Source: an uncultured Nitrospinota bacterium
GTDB lineage: Bacteria; Tectomicrobia; Entotheonellia; J063; CAVPRW01
Assembly: GCA_963707985.1 (NCBI GenBank)
Contig: CAVPRW010000035.1
Coordinates: forward strand, 32,001 to 96,000
Reading direction: 5' to 3'
DNA length: 64,000 bases
Positions 10,471 through 22,401 of this stretch are shown piece by piece. The notes under the pieces are model-generated. The model saw nothing but the letters and a program-made list of their open reading frames with translations. It was not told where the DNA came from and did not search any database. Position 1 is the stretch's first letter. Every line of letters starts with the position of its first letter. The position numbers were made by a program, and so were the translations under genes.

Positions 10471-11118
10471 ATGAAACAGTGGTGGTGGCTTGGTCTGGTG
10501 GCTGTGCTGGCACTATACCGTCTAATCCCCAGTGCGGCTGCCCACGCGCAACAGCCGGAGAGTATCGGCCATGTGACCGCCCTCGAAGGCAAGGTCACCG
10601 TGTTGCGCCAGGGGAAATTTGCCCCTGAACCCTTGACGCTCCAAAAGGCGGTTTTTCAAGAGGACATCATTGAAACCGATCGTGCCTCGAAGGTGAGAAT
10701 GACCTTATCCGACGCCACAGTGATCAGTCTCGGCGAGCAAACCCGCTTTGAGTTCAAACAATTTTCCCATGAGGCTTGGCAGCAGACGCGCTCGAGTCGC
10801 CTGGCGATTGCCTGGGGCCTCTTCAGAGCGATTCTCAAGGAGAGGACCTCACCATCGACCGTGGATGTGATCACGCCGACGGCTGTCGCGGCCATCCGGG
10901 GCACAGACCTCATGGGAGAGGTCATCGCCGACTCGACCGCCATCGTGGCCTTGGAGGGGACAGTAGCGGTCTCCAATGTCCGTCCAATGGTTCTCGGTGT
11001 AGCAACCCTGACAGCTGGGATGGGTACCACTGTGAAAGGTGTCGAGCCTCCCAGCACGCCAACCAGGTGGTCAGAGTCGCGTATCGAAGGGCTTCGCAGA
11101 GCCACAGCGCTCCAATGA
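10471..11118 (+). CDS. Secreted FecR-domain protein
   Basis: Signal peptide, DIIET...V.M.LSD...I.LGEQT, TPTAVAAIRGT; ATGA overlap with the next gene. Confidence 0.85.
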   Translation: MKQWWWLGLVAVLALYRLIPSAAAHAQQPESIGHVTALEGKVTVLRQGKFAPEPLTLQKAVFQEDIIETDRASKVRMTLSDATVISLGEQTRFEFKQFSHEAWQQTRSSRLAIAWGLFRAILKERTSPSTVDVITPTAVAAIRGTDLMGEVIADSTAIVALEGTVAVSNVRPMVLGVATLTAGMGTTVKGVEPPSTPTRWSESRIEGLRRATALQ

Positions 11119-13358
11119 GCGCAGTAAGGCTGACAGCCTTCAGGGTGAGCCTGCTGAGTACGCTCATCGTTGTCATGCTGTATGTGTGGGCCTCGCAGTT
11201 CACCTTGCTACGCAATTTCGAGGCAAAAGCGCTCGATCTACGCTTCCACCTACGTGGCATGCAACAGCCAGAAGCGCCCGTGATTCTGGTCGTCATCGAC
11301 GATCGCAGTATTGCGGAGCTCGGACGCTGGCCATGGAGTCGGAGGCGTTTTGCCGAGATCGTCCAGCGGCTGCGCGCGGCTGGGGCCAAAGTGGTGGCCT
11401 TCGATCTCCTCTTTACCGAAGCCGAGACCGCCATTGAACAGACCCTGCTACGCCGGGTGCGCCAGGCACTCGACGCATTTGACGAACCGCTGCCAGCCCC
11501 CGAACGCGAAGCCTTCGAGCACCTCGTGCGACGGATGGCAGAGAGCAGCGATGCGGATGTCGCGTTCGCGTCGGCCATGCGTGAAGCAGGCAACGTTGTG
11601 CTGCCGTTTGCCATGACCGTGGGTCACACCTCCATGCAACCCCAGCCAGCCCAACTGGCGCCCCCCCTGATCATCACCCAAGCCGCCTTTCGCATCCTGC
11701 AGAATCTCGGTGCTGATCAACCGTCGGTGGGACTTCGCGGCAAAACAATCATGGCGCCGATCGATCCCATAGCAGCCAGCGCCGCAGCGCTCGGCCATGT
11801 CGATGTCGCTTTCGACACCGATGGTACCCCACGCTATGATTATCCAGTGGTTGAGTACCAGGGAGAGTATTATCCCTCGCTCGTGGTGCAGGTCCTTCGC
11901 GTGTATCTAGGGTTAAGGCCTGAGGAGGTGGCGGTCCGGTTTGGAAACGGTATCCAGCTTGGCCCGATAACGATTCCGACGGATGAGTCGATGCGTCTCC
12001 TGGTGAATTACCTGGGTCCACCTGGCACCTTCTCCACCTATGCTTTCGTCGATGTCCTGCAGGGACGCCTGCCGGACACGACGTTTCGCGACGCTATCGT
12101 CCTTATCGGCGGGGCTGCCAGCGGCCTTGCCGATACCTTCGTCACGCCATTTACCGCCACGCTCTCAGGAGTTGAACGTCACGCCACGATTATTGACAGC
12201 ATTCTGCGTCAGCATTTTCTTCACCGGCGTGATACCACAGCACTGCTCGACCTGGCGGCTATCCTGATCATGGGACTTCTGGTTGGCTGGCTGAGCCCGA
12301 AATGTCCCGCGTATTGGGGGAGTGTAGCGGCCCTCGGCTTGGGAGGCATATATGTTGCTGCCAATGTGCTGGCGTTTACGCAGGCAGGCTTATGGATCAA
12401 TCTGCTCTTTCCATTAGGCGTTGTTGCCGTCAGTCAAAGCGCCATGACGCTCTTCAATTACCTGACTGAGGCACGACAGAAGCGTCTGATCCGACAGGCC
12501 TTCCAATATTACCTGCATCCTGCCATCGTCGAGCGTGTTGCCCAGAATCCCCAATTGCTCAGGCTCGGCGGTGAAAGCCGTGAGCTGACCGTCTTGTTCT
12601 CTGATATCCGTCGTTTTAGCACGATCGCCGAAGCCCTGAGCCCTGAAGTCCTGGTGCACCTTCTGAACGAGTATTTCACGATCATGACACGGGTCGTGTT
12701 CCAGCGCAATGGACTGCTGGATAAATATCTGGGTGATGGCCTCATGGCCGTGTACGGAGTGCCACTCCATGATCCAGATCATACCGTGCAGGCGTGCTGC
12801 AGTGCCTTAGAAATGCTTGCAGAGCTCAAAACTTTGCAAGCGCGCTGGGCGGCGCGAGGGCTGCCGTCCCTGGACATCGGGATCGGCATCAACACCGCGA
12901 CCATGGTGGTGGGGAATATGGGCTCCGAGCTGCGGTTCGATTATACGGTGATGGGAGATGGCGTCAATCTGGCTTCACGCCTGGAGAGTGCCAATAAAGA
13001 GTATGGGACCCACATCATCATCAGTGAGTCGACCTGGAAGCACGTGCGAGACCGTATTGCCACCCGAGAACTTGACACCATTCGAGTGCAGGGCAAAGCG
13101 CAATCGACCCGTATCTTTGAAGTCCTCGGGATATCTCCTATGCCACCGGGCCGTGCCGCCATGGTTGAAACATTCGAAGTGGCGCTACGCGCCTATCGCG
13201 CCCAGCATTGGGAAGACGCCATCCATGTCTTTCAGCAGGTATTGGCCGTAGTACCCGACGACCCGCCAAGTCAGCTGTATATCCAGCGCTGCAAGGCGTT
13301 CATGGCAGCATTGCCGCGGCCGGATTGGGATGGGGTGCATGTTATGCATGCGAAGTAA
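11115..13358 (+). CDS. CHASE2-domain class III adenylate cyclase with C-terminal TPR-like tail
   Basis: LGRWPWSR and D.DG..R CHASE2 motifs, three TM helices, TVLFSDIRRFS, DKYLGDGLM, DYTVMGDGVNLASRLE (K/D residues indicate ATP specificity). Confidence 0.92.
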   Translation: MSAVRLTAFRVSLLSTLIVVMLYVWASQFTLLRNFEAKALDLRFHLRGMQQPEAPVILVVIDDRSIAELGRWPWSRRRFAEIVQRLRAAGAKVVAFDLLFTEAETAIEQTLLRRVRQALDAFDEPLPAPEREAFEHLVRRMAESSDADVAFASAMREAGNVVLPFAMTVGHTSMQPQPAQLAPPLIITQAAFRILQNLGADQPSVGLRGKTIMAPIDPIAASAAALGHVDVAFDTDGTPRYDYPVVEYQGEYYPSLVVQVLRVYLGLRPEEVAVRFGNGIQLGPITIPTDESMRLLVNYLGPPGTFSTYAFVDVLQGRLPDTTFRDAIVLIGGAASGLADTFVTPFTATLSGVERHATIIDSILRQHFLHRRDTTALLDLAAILIMGLLVGWLSPKCPAYWGSVAALGLGGIYVAANVLAFTQAGLWINLLFPLGVVAVSQSAMTLFNYLTEARQKRLIRQAFQYYLHPAIVERVAQNPQLLRLGGESRELTVLFSDIRRFSTIAEALSPEVLVHLLNEYFTIMTRVVFQRNGLLDKYLGDGLMAVYGVPLHDPDHTVQACCSALEMLAELKTLQARWAARGLPSLDIGIGINTATMVVGNMGSELRFDYTVMGDGVNLASRLESANKEYGTHIIISESTWKHVRDRIATRELDTIRVQGKAQSTRIFEVLGISPMPPGRAAMVETFEVALRAYRAQHWEDAIHVFQQVLAVVPDDPPSQLYIQRCKAFMAALPRPDWDGVHVMHAK

Positions 13359-13780
13359 ACAGGAGAAATGGTCGGGCCGGGGGAGCGGAAGAAGGTTGGC
13401 AGCCTGGCCGAGGTCGCGGGAAAGTCAATACGGACAGGAGCTGGGTAGTAGCGTCGCTCTAGCGCCATTTGCAAACTCATGACGATCGCGGTTGGCGTTA
13501 TCGCACATTGGGGACGCGAGTCAGGAAAGAGTCGAAGGAAATGATGAGTAAGGAAGCTTTTGAAGTCAAAAATTTCTGGGGGATAGAGTCAGACGTGGGT
13601 CGATCAGGCGTCGGAAACACACATTGGCGCCGGGTTAGGAATGTCTATTACAACGGTCCGCGTGCCCTCGTCGCATTAGAGTTTAGGCTATGGCAACAGG
13701 CGGGGCGAGGGGTAAGAGCCCAGTAGGTGCCTATACTCCTCCTAACGGATGACTGGTGATCAGCCTCTAGCTTGCCATCT

Positions 13781-13813
13781 CGGGGGGAGATGAAGTAGTA
13801 ACGTCTCCCCCCG
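13781..13813 (-). terminator. GC-rich hairpin just downstream of lon
   Basis: CGGGGGGAGA...TCTCCCCCCG perfect 10-bp stem about 17 nt after the lon stop; no clear U tract. Confidence 0.45.
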
Positions 13814-13829
13814 CTGTAATGCTTTCGGC

Positions 13830-16188
13830 TCACGCCATGCGGATTGTGCTGAGGCGGTCGGCCAGCTGCGGAATCGCCGCCGCCAACACGTCCTCGATGC
13901 GCTCGGCCAGCACAAACGTCATTTCGGCGCGGACATGATCCGGCAGCTCGCGCAGGTCTTTTTCGTTCTCCTTCGGCAGGATGACTCGCTGTATACCCGC
14001 TCGTCGCGCCGCTAGGACCTTCTCTTTGACGCCGCCAATGGGAAACACCAGCCCCGTGAGGGTGATTTCCCCCGTCATCGCCGTGTCATTGCGCGCCGGA
14101 CAATCCGTGTAAACGTGATGCCAACGCCGTCGCCATGGTAATCCCCGCCGACGGCCCATCCTTAGGGATGGCTCCCGCCGGTACGTGGATGTGGACTCCC
14201 GCACGCCGAAACTGCGCAGGGTCGATGCCGAGCTCGTCCGCATGCGACCAGATATAGCTCCGTGCCGCCTTGGCCGACTCTTGCATGACGTCGCCGAGCT
14301 GTCCGGTCAGCGTCAACGTGCGCCCCTCCGGTAACAGCGTGGCTTCGATATACAGCACTTCGCCGCCGGCTTCGGTCCAGGCCAACCCTGTGGCCACACC
14401 GGGAGGCACCTCCCGTCGGGCTTGTTCCTGGAAAAATAGCTCAGGGCCGAGCATATCCGACAAGTCCGCGGCGTGAATGATCACGGCTTCGGAACGGCCT
14501 TCGGCAATCTGCAGGGCCGTTTTACGCGCCAAGCGGCCAATGGTTCGCTCCAGTTGGCGGACGCCCGCCTCCCTGGTGTAGCGCGAAATGATGCGCTGCA
14601 GCGTCTCATCCAGGATCTGGCACTGTTCGGCCGTGACACCCGTATCTTGCAACTGGCGTGGGAACAGGTAGCGCTTGGCGATTTCGACCTTCTCCTCCTC
14701 GCTGTAGCCGGCCAACCGCAAAATTTCCATGCGGTCGCGCAGCGGCTGCGGAATGGTGTCGAGGCTATTCGCGGTCGTAATAAACAAGACCTTGGACAGA
14801 TCGAAGGCGATATCCAGGTAATTGTCCCGGAAGCTGCGATTCTGCTCGGGGTCGAGGATTTCCAGCAGCGCTGCCGCTGGATCACCGCGGAAGTCGCGCC
14901 CTAACTTATCCACCTCGTCGAGCATCATGACAGGGTTGTTCACCCCGGCGCGCCGGATGGCTTGAATAATGCGCCCGGGCATCGCCCCGATGTACGTGCG
15001 TCGATGCCCGCGCAACTCGGCCTCATCATGCATGCCACCCAGGCTCATGCGCTCGAAGGTACGTCCCAAGGCACGCGCAATCGACTGCCCCAGGGATGTT
15101 TTGCCCACCCCCGGAGGGCCGACGAAGCACAGGATGGGTGCTTTGGCCTCCGGATTCAGCTTGAGCACCCCCAGCTGTTCGAGGATGCGTTCTTTGACCT
15201 CTTTCAAATCGTAGTGGTCCTCGTCGAGGATCTGCCGCGCCCGCGCCAGGTCGAAGACCGACTCAGTGCTCTTGCGCCACGGCAGTTCCAGCACCAATTC
15301 GAGGTAGGAACGCACGATATGATGCTCGGGGGATGCCGTTGGCAGGCGTTCGAGGCGCTGCAGCTCGCGCTCGGCTTCTTTCCGCACGTCCTCCGGCAGA
15401 TCCTCCTTCTCCATCCGCTCGCGCAACAAGCCGATCTCCGCCTGCTCAGGATTCTGCTCGCCAAGCTCCTGCTGGATCGCGCGCAGCTGCTGGCGCAGGA
15501 AATACTCGCGCTGCTCGCGGCTCATCTCGTGCTGTGCCTGTCCGGCGATCTTCTGCCGGAGCTCAAGGACCTGCACTTCATAGGTCAGGTAGCCGTGCAT
15601 CAATCGCAGCGCGTCCGCCCTCGTTTGGGCCTCTAGTATCGACTGCTCTTTGACGAGGTCGAGGTTGAGCATCGACCCCAACAAGTAGACGAGCTGCAAG
15701 GGCTCTTCGGTATTGGTCAGCATCTGGCCCAGTGGTGCGGCTGCCTGTGGCTGCAGTAATGCCAGGGCTTTGGCGGCCAGCTCGAGGATGGCGCGATGCA
15801 GCGCCTCGACCTCGGCCCCGCCGTCGACCGGCGCCGGAAATGGTCGCACGCGTGCGGTGAGATACGGGGTGGTTTGTTCGACTTTGAGCACGACGACACG
15901 TTCCACCCCCTGCACCACCAGTTCCAGCATGCCATCCCGCGGGCGCGTCGATTTCTTGATAATCGCCCTGGTGCCGATGGTATAGAGGTCGCTCTGAGAC
16001 GGGGTCTCGACGCTCGCGTCATGCTGCGCCACGATGATGAGCTGCTTCTCTTCGCTCGCTAAAGCCGCTTCGACGGCCGCCAGCGACGCTGGTCGACCGA
16101 TCGACAGCGGCATCTGCAAATGGGGGAACAACACGGTGTTCTTAATCGGCAATGCCGGCAGGATGTGAATCGTTTCTTGTTCGCTCAT
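13830..16188 (-). CDS. lon: ATP-dependent Lon protease (one frameshift near 14115)
   Basis: LON_N domain, [17 protein letters not shown] catalytic Ser; the C-terminal [18 protein letters not shown] is in the shifted frame. Confidence 0.95.
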
Positions 16189-16284
16189 TTTGTTCTTCCC
16201 TTCCGTCGTGACCTGCACGTGAAGCATCTCTTCCAATCCATGCAGCGCGACGCTGGTCCTTCCTTTTCTCGTGACAAACGCTGC

Positions 16285-16326
16285 GGAGGGGAGGCCCCCT
16301 TGCGAGTGGGGTTCCCTCCACAACGC
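16285..16326. repeat. Short palindromic intergenic repeat, family B
   Basis: GGAGGGGAGGCC...GGGGTTCCCTCCACAACG resembles the reverse complement of 26813-26848. Confidence 0.4.
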
Positions 16327-16345
16327 TGTCCGTTTGCAGTCCGTC

Positions 16346-18977
16346 TTACCCTGCTGGTACAGCTTCTTCGACGGGAGAGAACTGCAAGGCGCTGAGCTGC
16401 GCATCGTAATCGACCAGGACCGTTTGCCCGTCGCGCACATCGCCTTTGAGGATGAGCCGCGCCAGCTGCGTTTCCACTTCCTTCTGGATGGCACGCTTCA
16501 GCGGCCGCGCCCCATAGGTGGGGTTGTAGCCGGTGCGCACCAAGTGGGTACGGGCGGCATCGGTCAACTCGATCTGGATATGACGCTCGGCCAGCCGCGC
16601 CCGTAAGCTGCGTTAACTGGATGTCGACGATCTCCTTCAGGTGCTCCTCGGACAAGGCATGGAACACGATGATCTCATCGACACGGTTGAGGAATTCGGG
16701 CCGGAAGTGGCGCCGCATCTCTTCGAGCACCGCCTGCTTCATCTGATCGTATTCCCGGCCTTCGAAGGCCCCACGATACTCCAGGATGCGGTGGCTGCCG
16801 ATGTTCGACGTCATGATGACGATGGTGTTCTTGAAATCGACCGTGCGCCCATGGCCGTCGGTCAGACGACCATCGTCCAGAATCTGGAGCATGACGTTGA
16901 ACACGTCATGGTGCGCTTTCTCGATCTCATCGAAGAGGATCACGGAGTATGGACGCCGCCGCACCGCCTCGGTGAGCTGCCCGCCTTCATCATACCCCAC
17001 GTAGCCCGGCGGCGCACCGATCAAGCGTGCCACCGTATGGCGTTCCTGATATTCCGACATATCGATGCGGATCATCGCCCGCTCGTCGTCGAACAGGAAC
17101 TCTGCCAGAGCACGCGCCAGCTCGGTCTTGCCCACACCGGTCGGCCCCAGGAAGATAAAGCTGCCGATGGGACGATTCGGGTCCTTCAATCCCGACCGTG
17201 CCCGTAACACAGCCTCCGCCACCGCGGTCACCGCTTCGTCCTGCCCCACGACGCGCTCGTGCAGCTCTTCGTCGAGGTGCAGCAGCTTCTGCATCTCGCC
17301 CTCGAGCAGCTTGGAGACCGGCACGCCGGTCCAGCGGCTGACCACCTCGGCAATGTCTTCCTCGTCGACTTCTTCTTTGATCAGTCGGCTTGGACCCTGC
17401 TTCGACGTCAGTTGCTCCTCGTCAGCCTTTAATTGGCGCTCCAGTCCTGCCAGCCGACCATAACGCAGTTCAGCAGCGCGATTGAGGTCGTACTGACGCT
17501 CCGCCTGCTCGATCTCGATTTTGGTCTGCTCGATCTGCTCACGAATACCACGTAGCCGCTGGACCGCGTCTTTCTCTGCCTGCCATTGGGCCTTGAGCTC
17601 ATCGGCCTGCGCCTTCAAATCGGCCAACTCGTGTTCTAACTTGCTGAGGCGCTCCTGCGAGGCTGCATCGGTTTCCTTCTTGAGGGCCTCACGCTCGATC
17701 TCGAGCTGCATGACGCGGCGTAGGATTTCGTCAAGCTCCGACGGTAACGAATCGATCTCGGTGCGGAGCTTGGCCGCTGCCTCATCCACTAGGTCGATGG
17801 CTTTATCCGGCAGAAAGCGGTCGGAGATGTACCGATTCGACAATACCGCCGCCGCCACCAGGGCTGCATCTTTAATACGGACCCCATGGTGTACTTCGTA
17901 ACGCTCTTTCAAACCGCGCAGGATCGAGATCGTATCCTCGACCGAGGGCTGATCCACCAGCACTGGCTGGAAGCGGCGCTCGAGGGCTGCGTCTTTTTCG
18001 ATATGCTTGCGGTATTCATCCAGCGTCGTGGCACCGATGCAGTGCAGCTCGCCGCGCGCCAGCATCGGCTTGAGGAGGTTGCCGGCGTCCATGGCGCCTT
18101 CGGCCTTGCCGGCGCCAACGACGGTGTGCAATTCGTCGATGAACAGGACGATCTCGCCTTCCGACTCCTGCACTTCTTTGAGGACCGCCTTCAGACGTTC
18201 TTCAAATTCGCCGCGATACTTGGCGCCAGCGATCAGCGCGCCCATGTCAAGGGCAACGATGCGCTTGTTCTTCAGCCCCTCGGGCACATCCCCACGCACG
18301 ATGCGTTGGGCCAGTCCTTCGACGATGGCCGTTTTACCCACGCCCGGTTCGCCGATCAATACCGGGTTGTTCTTGGTCCGGCGTGACAGGACCTGAATGA
18401 CCCGACGAATTTCCTCGTCGCGGCCGATGACCGGATCGAGCTTCCCTTGCCCTGCCAGTTGTGTTAAGTCTCGACCGTAACGCTCCAGGGCTTCATAGGT
18501 GGCTTCGGGGTTCTGCGAGGTGACGCGCTGGCTGCCGCGGATCTCCTGCAGCGCCTGCATCAGCCGTTCGCGACTGATACCCAGCTCTTTGAACAGTCGG
18601 CCCGTGGCGCCACCATCCTCGGTCATCGCCAGTAACAGATGCTCAACCGAGATATATTGGTCCTTCAGCCGTTTGGCTTCGTCCTCTGCCTGGGTGAGCA
18701 GGCGGTTGAGCCGGCCGGTGATGTAGACTTGATCCGCTGCCCCTGATGGACCTGAGACCTTGGGCAAACGATCGAGGTCCTGTTCGACACGTCGCTTCAG
18801 CGCTTCGACAGGAAGGCTGGCGCGTGTCAGAATCGAGGCAGCCAGACCTCGCTCTTGCTCTAGCAGGGCCGAGAGAAGGTGCTCGACATCGACCTGTTGG
18901 TGGCTGGAGCGTATGGCTTTGCTCTGGGCCGCGCTGAGCGCTTCCTGAGCCTTTTCCGTAAACCGATTCATATCCAT
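16346..18977 (-). CDS. clpB: ATP-dependent disaggregase ClpB (one frameshift near 16603)
   Basis: Clp_N repeats, two AAA modules ([16 protein letters not shown]), coiled-coil M domain; C-terminal [11 protein letters not shown] in the shifted frame. Confidence 0.96.
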
Positions 18978-19399
18978 AAAATTCTCCTTCTATCAGCGCA
19001 TCCAGGCCATGTCCCCGCCCGATCCGTGGTAGACACGCCCCTTGCCACACCAGGCCTGGCGATTCCTTCGCTATGGAGGGGTCGCCGTTCGACTCTTATC
19101 AATGTATACAGGAAATTACAATAATATCAATTTAATAAAGGACGATGAGTCATACATCTCCGCCCGCTAACGTCGGTATCACCCGAGGTGATGCGCCGCC
19201 TTGACGGGGTCGATCAAGAGGCAGGCAGCGAACGTCTCGGCGAGCCCCGGCGCCACGTGTTTACCATCGCCCATAGCGAAGGGTCGTCAGCCGTTGGGCA
19301 CACCAGCAGGCTTGATCGCAGCCCTGCGCCCAAAGGGGCGCAGAGCCAATAGTCAGCGTGGGGAACTGTTCACCCGCGAGCGCAAAGGCCATCGTGGGC

Positions 19400-19846
19400 T
19401 TACGCACTCACGGCAATGCGCTTTGGTTGCGCCGCCTGCACTTTCGGAAGGCGCAGCTCAAGAACGCCATCCTTATAGGCAGCTTTGACCTTCTCCTGGT
19501 CCACAGTCATAGGCAGCATGAAGGCGCGCTGGAACGCACCGTAGGATCGTTCCATACGGTGGTAATTTCCTTCCTTCACCTCATCTTCGTGCTTGCGCTC
19601 GCCCTTGATCACCAGGGTATTTTCCTTCAGCTCGATGCTGATGTCATCCTTCGAGAAGCCTGGAAGCTCGGCCTTCATGACCAGGGCCTCATCGGTCTCA
19701 TAAATGTCCACCGGAGGCGTCCAGGCACCTGAGATCCAGGCCGACTCGTCAGTGGTTCCTCGACCAAAGGCTTCGTTCAAGACGCGGCTCATCTGGTCGC
19801 GAACCGACATCATGTCTCGATTGGGGTTCCAACGTGCTAATGCCAT
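19400..19846 (-). CDS. Small heat shock protein Hsp20/alpha-crystallin
   Basis: WTPPVDIYET, AELPG, ERSYGAFQRAF.LP, YKDGVLELRLPK. Confidence 0.95.
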   Translation of the reverse strand: MALARWNPNRDMMSVRDQMSRVLNEAFGRGTTDESAWISGAWTPPVDIYETDEALVMKAELPGFSKDDISIELKENTLVIKGERKHEDEVKEGNYHRMERSYGAFQRAFMLPMTVDQEKVKAAYKDGVLELRLPKVQAAQPKRIAVSA

Positions 19847-19899
19847 GATTGTTCTCCTCCTGAGTAGTTGAAGGTTGATTCATCGTTGTGATGGACATA

Positions 19900-19977
19900 T
19901 ATATAATTCATGAGTTCTATAATGTCAAGTTTATTTACTTAAAAAATACACTATCTCATAAGATATTAAAACTCATA
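19900..19977 (-). promoter_or_regulatory. hsp20 promoter with two HAIR-like (HspR) operators
   Basis: Minus-strand TTGACA-17-TATATA. CATGAGT-N7-TGTCAAG (19909-19929) and CATAAGA-N7-ACTCATA (19957-19977) resemble CTTGAGT-N7-ACTCAAG. Confidence 0.6.
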
Positions 19978-20197
19978 TATTTTTCGTCGATGAGACTCGG
20001 GTTCCTGCCGCTAGTCCACGGGCGACAGGTAAGTGGGAGCGCGATGGCGAGCCGATGGAGAGAGTTACTCTCGGAAGGTGTGCGAGGACAATTGCCCGAT
20101 GACAGGCTTTAAACGGAGAAAAGCGCAGAGGGCCCCACCAAACCCATCCTTCAAAACAGGCTTCGCAGGGCGCTCGGTGAGCAGTTCAACAGCGGGT

Positions 20198-20968
20198 TCA
20201 TGCCTCTTGCAAGACATCGACCAATGCGGCGTGAATCTGGCCGTTAGTCGCGGCGATGTTCCCCTCATAGACGCTAGCTTGCCCGGCGAAATCGGTCACT
20301 CGCCCGCCTGCCTCCTCAACGATAATCGCGCCAGGCGCCGCATCCCACACCGGCAGCGTCGCCTGCCAGAAGCCGTCGAGGCGGCCGGCAGCGACATTGC
20401 ACAGGTCGAGTGAGGCTGAACCCAGCCGGCGGATGGCGCGTGTCCTGGGCATAAGCGCCAGGAAATGCTCGATATTGGTGTCGGGTGCACGGCTCAGGTC
20501 GCTGGGGAAACCCGTGGTGAGCAAGGCGTCGTCGAGCAGCGCGGTGGCAGAGACCTGGAGTCGTCGGCCGTTCATGAATGCCCCATGGCCGCGCTCAGCC
20601 CAGTATAGTTCGTCTACATAGGGAGCATAGACCATCCCAGCCTGTAACCGTGATCCATCCCGTAGAGCCAGTGCGACACAGAAGTACGGCAGACCGTGCA
20701 CATAATTGGTCGTCCCATCGATAGGGTCGAGGATCCACTCAGGCTGCCCGGACTCTCCCGGCAGGGCTCCGACTTCCTCCGACAAAATGGCATGATCCGG
20801 ATACTGAGCACGGATGGCCCGAATCAGATGGTCCTCCGAGCGGCGATCCATCTCGGTAACCAGGTTTGCACGGCCCTTGAATTCGACAGACTGCGCGTTG
20901 CCGAGACGTTGTAGGAGAAATGTGCCTACTTCCCGCAGCACCGGGATCAAAAAGTCCAGGACAGCCAT
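20198..20968 (-). CDS. suhB: Inositol monophosphatase family protein (SuhB-like)
   Basis: WILDPIDGTTNY, RRLGSASLDL, WDAAPGAIIVEEAGG. Confidence 0.88.
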   Translation of the reverse strand: MAVLDFLIPVLREVGTFLLQRLGNAQSVEFKGRANLVTEMDRRSEDHLIRAIRAQYPDHAILSEEVGALPGESGQPEWILDPIDGTTNYVHGLPYFCVALALRDGSRLQAGMVYAPYVDELYWAERGHGAFMNGRRLQVSATALLDDALLTTGFPSDLSRAPDTNIEHFLALMPRTRAIRRLGSASLDLCNVAAGRLDGFWQATLPVWDAAPGAIIVEEAGGRVTDFAGQASVYEGNIAATNGQIHAALVDVLQEA

Positions 20969-21043
20969 TTCTGCTCCTTTATTGTCACGAGTCAACATCC
21001 CACTTTGCCTTCCCGCGGCGCTACATCCGGCCCACCGGTGCAC

Positions 21044-22068
21044 TTATCGCGGTTTACGTCCCAGGATCAGTGATGTGAAGGCTGGTGCGGCTAGACGTGT
21101 GACCGTCAACTCCGCAAAGCCCGCCTCCGCCGCCCAGGTACAAATGTCCTCGGCCGGATGCGCATCCCCTTCGGGAAATGACAGTAACATCTGCAAGGGA
21201 AACAGGGCTGGTTGGGGCTGGGGTGACACGATCGGGATTCGGCATCACCCCATGGATCACTAATTGCCCACCGGGCACCAGGGCCTTGAAGACTTTGCCC
21301 AGAAGCATCCGGCAGGTTGTACTCCCCTCGGTTTGCAGACTATTGGACAGGAGGACAAGATCGTTCCCATCGGCAAATTCGTCCTGGAAATAATTGCCTG
21401 GGTGCGCTGTCACACGTTCCTGCATGCCGTGGTCGGCAATGATTTCCTGGGCAAATGGGATAATGGGGGGCAAATCGAACACCATGGCCCGGAGGCTGGG
21501 CTGGCGCTGGGCAAAAGTGATCGAGTAAATTCCCGATCCCCCGGCAACATCGAGCATCTGCTGGACATGCCCCGAGGTCCACCCGATCGGCAATGGCGAC
21601 CGCATTGTGCTTGCCCAGCTCATAGAGGCGCGCCACATATCCTCTGATGCGGTCGGCAGGAAGCGTGGGCAGGGCCTCGGCCGAATGCGGACGTATCGGC
21701 CGATCCTCCTGAATCGCCTGGATCAGATGTCCCCAGGCCTCGTACTGCTCCGCTCCAGCCTGGATAAAATTGCCCATGTAGCCAGACTTGCCCTGCACCA
21801 GAAACGTCTCCGCAATCGGCGTGTTGTGATAGCTCTCGTCCTCTTTTTCCAACAGGTCCAACACGACGCAGGCATTCAGCAAACGCTGCAGTCCGCGGAC
21901 CGGCACCTGACAATGATGGGCTAAGGCCTCAGCACTCATCGGCCCTTGGGATAAATACGTGAACACCTTAAGCTCACAGGCTGTCATCAGGATGGCCGAC
22001 TGGCGATAGGCTTGAGCCATCTGGAGCAAGGCTGATGATGGTGATCGAGGCTCATCATGAGACGCCAC
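21044..22068 (-). CDS. SAM-dependent O-methyltransferase with dimerisation domain (two frameshifts)
   Basis: N-terminal wHTH dimerisation domain, MLDVAGGSG SAM motif, ALVPGGQLVI; split near 21570 and 21215 at G/C homopolymers. Confidence 0.85.
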
Positions 22069-22401
22069 TCTACATCCCTCCTCTGGTGCGGTCTGGCTGT
22101 TGACGTTGTCGTGGCATAGCGCATCGACGCAGCTCAACCGGCCTGCACCGGTCGAGGCGCCAGCCGGTCGTGCTCATTGTCCCAGGCGGTGAGGTCAGGG
22201 GACCAGCATACCTGCGCCGGTGCGACTCCTGACAGCTACGCGTGCGACTCCATTGTACCATGCGCCGCATGGTGGCGAGCCAGGGAATTTCCCCGCTAGG
22301 CAATTATTGACAGGGTTGAAGACAGTATGCTACGGTGCACTCATGAGGCCTTGAAGTCTTAGTACGATGCGAGGGTTAACAACCGGGCAATCCGGGGGAG
22401 G

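Noticed and set aside
13400..13780. Small ORFs or an ncRNA between the cyclase and lon
   Set aside because: No recognisable motif, RBS or convincing structure.
13830..18977. lon and clpB as pseudogenes, programmed frameshifts or long overlapping ORFs
   Set aside because: Each has one extra base with intact sequence on both sides and no slippery site; this matches the window-wide indel error pattern.
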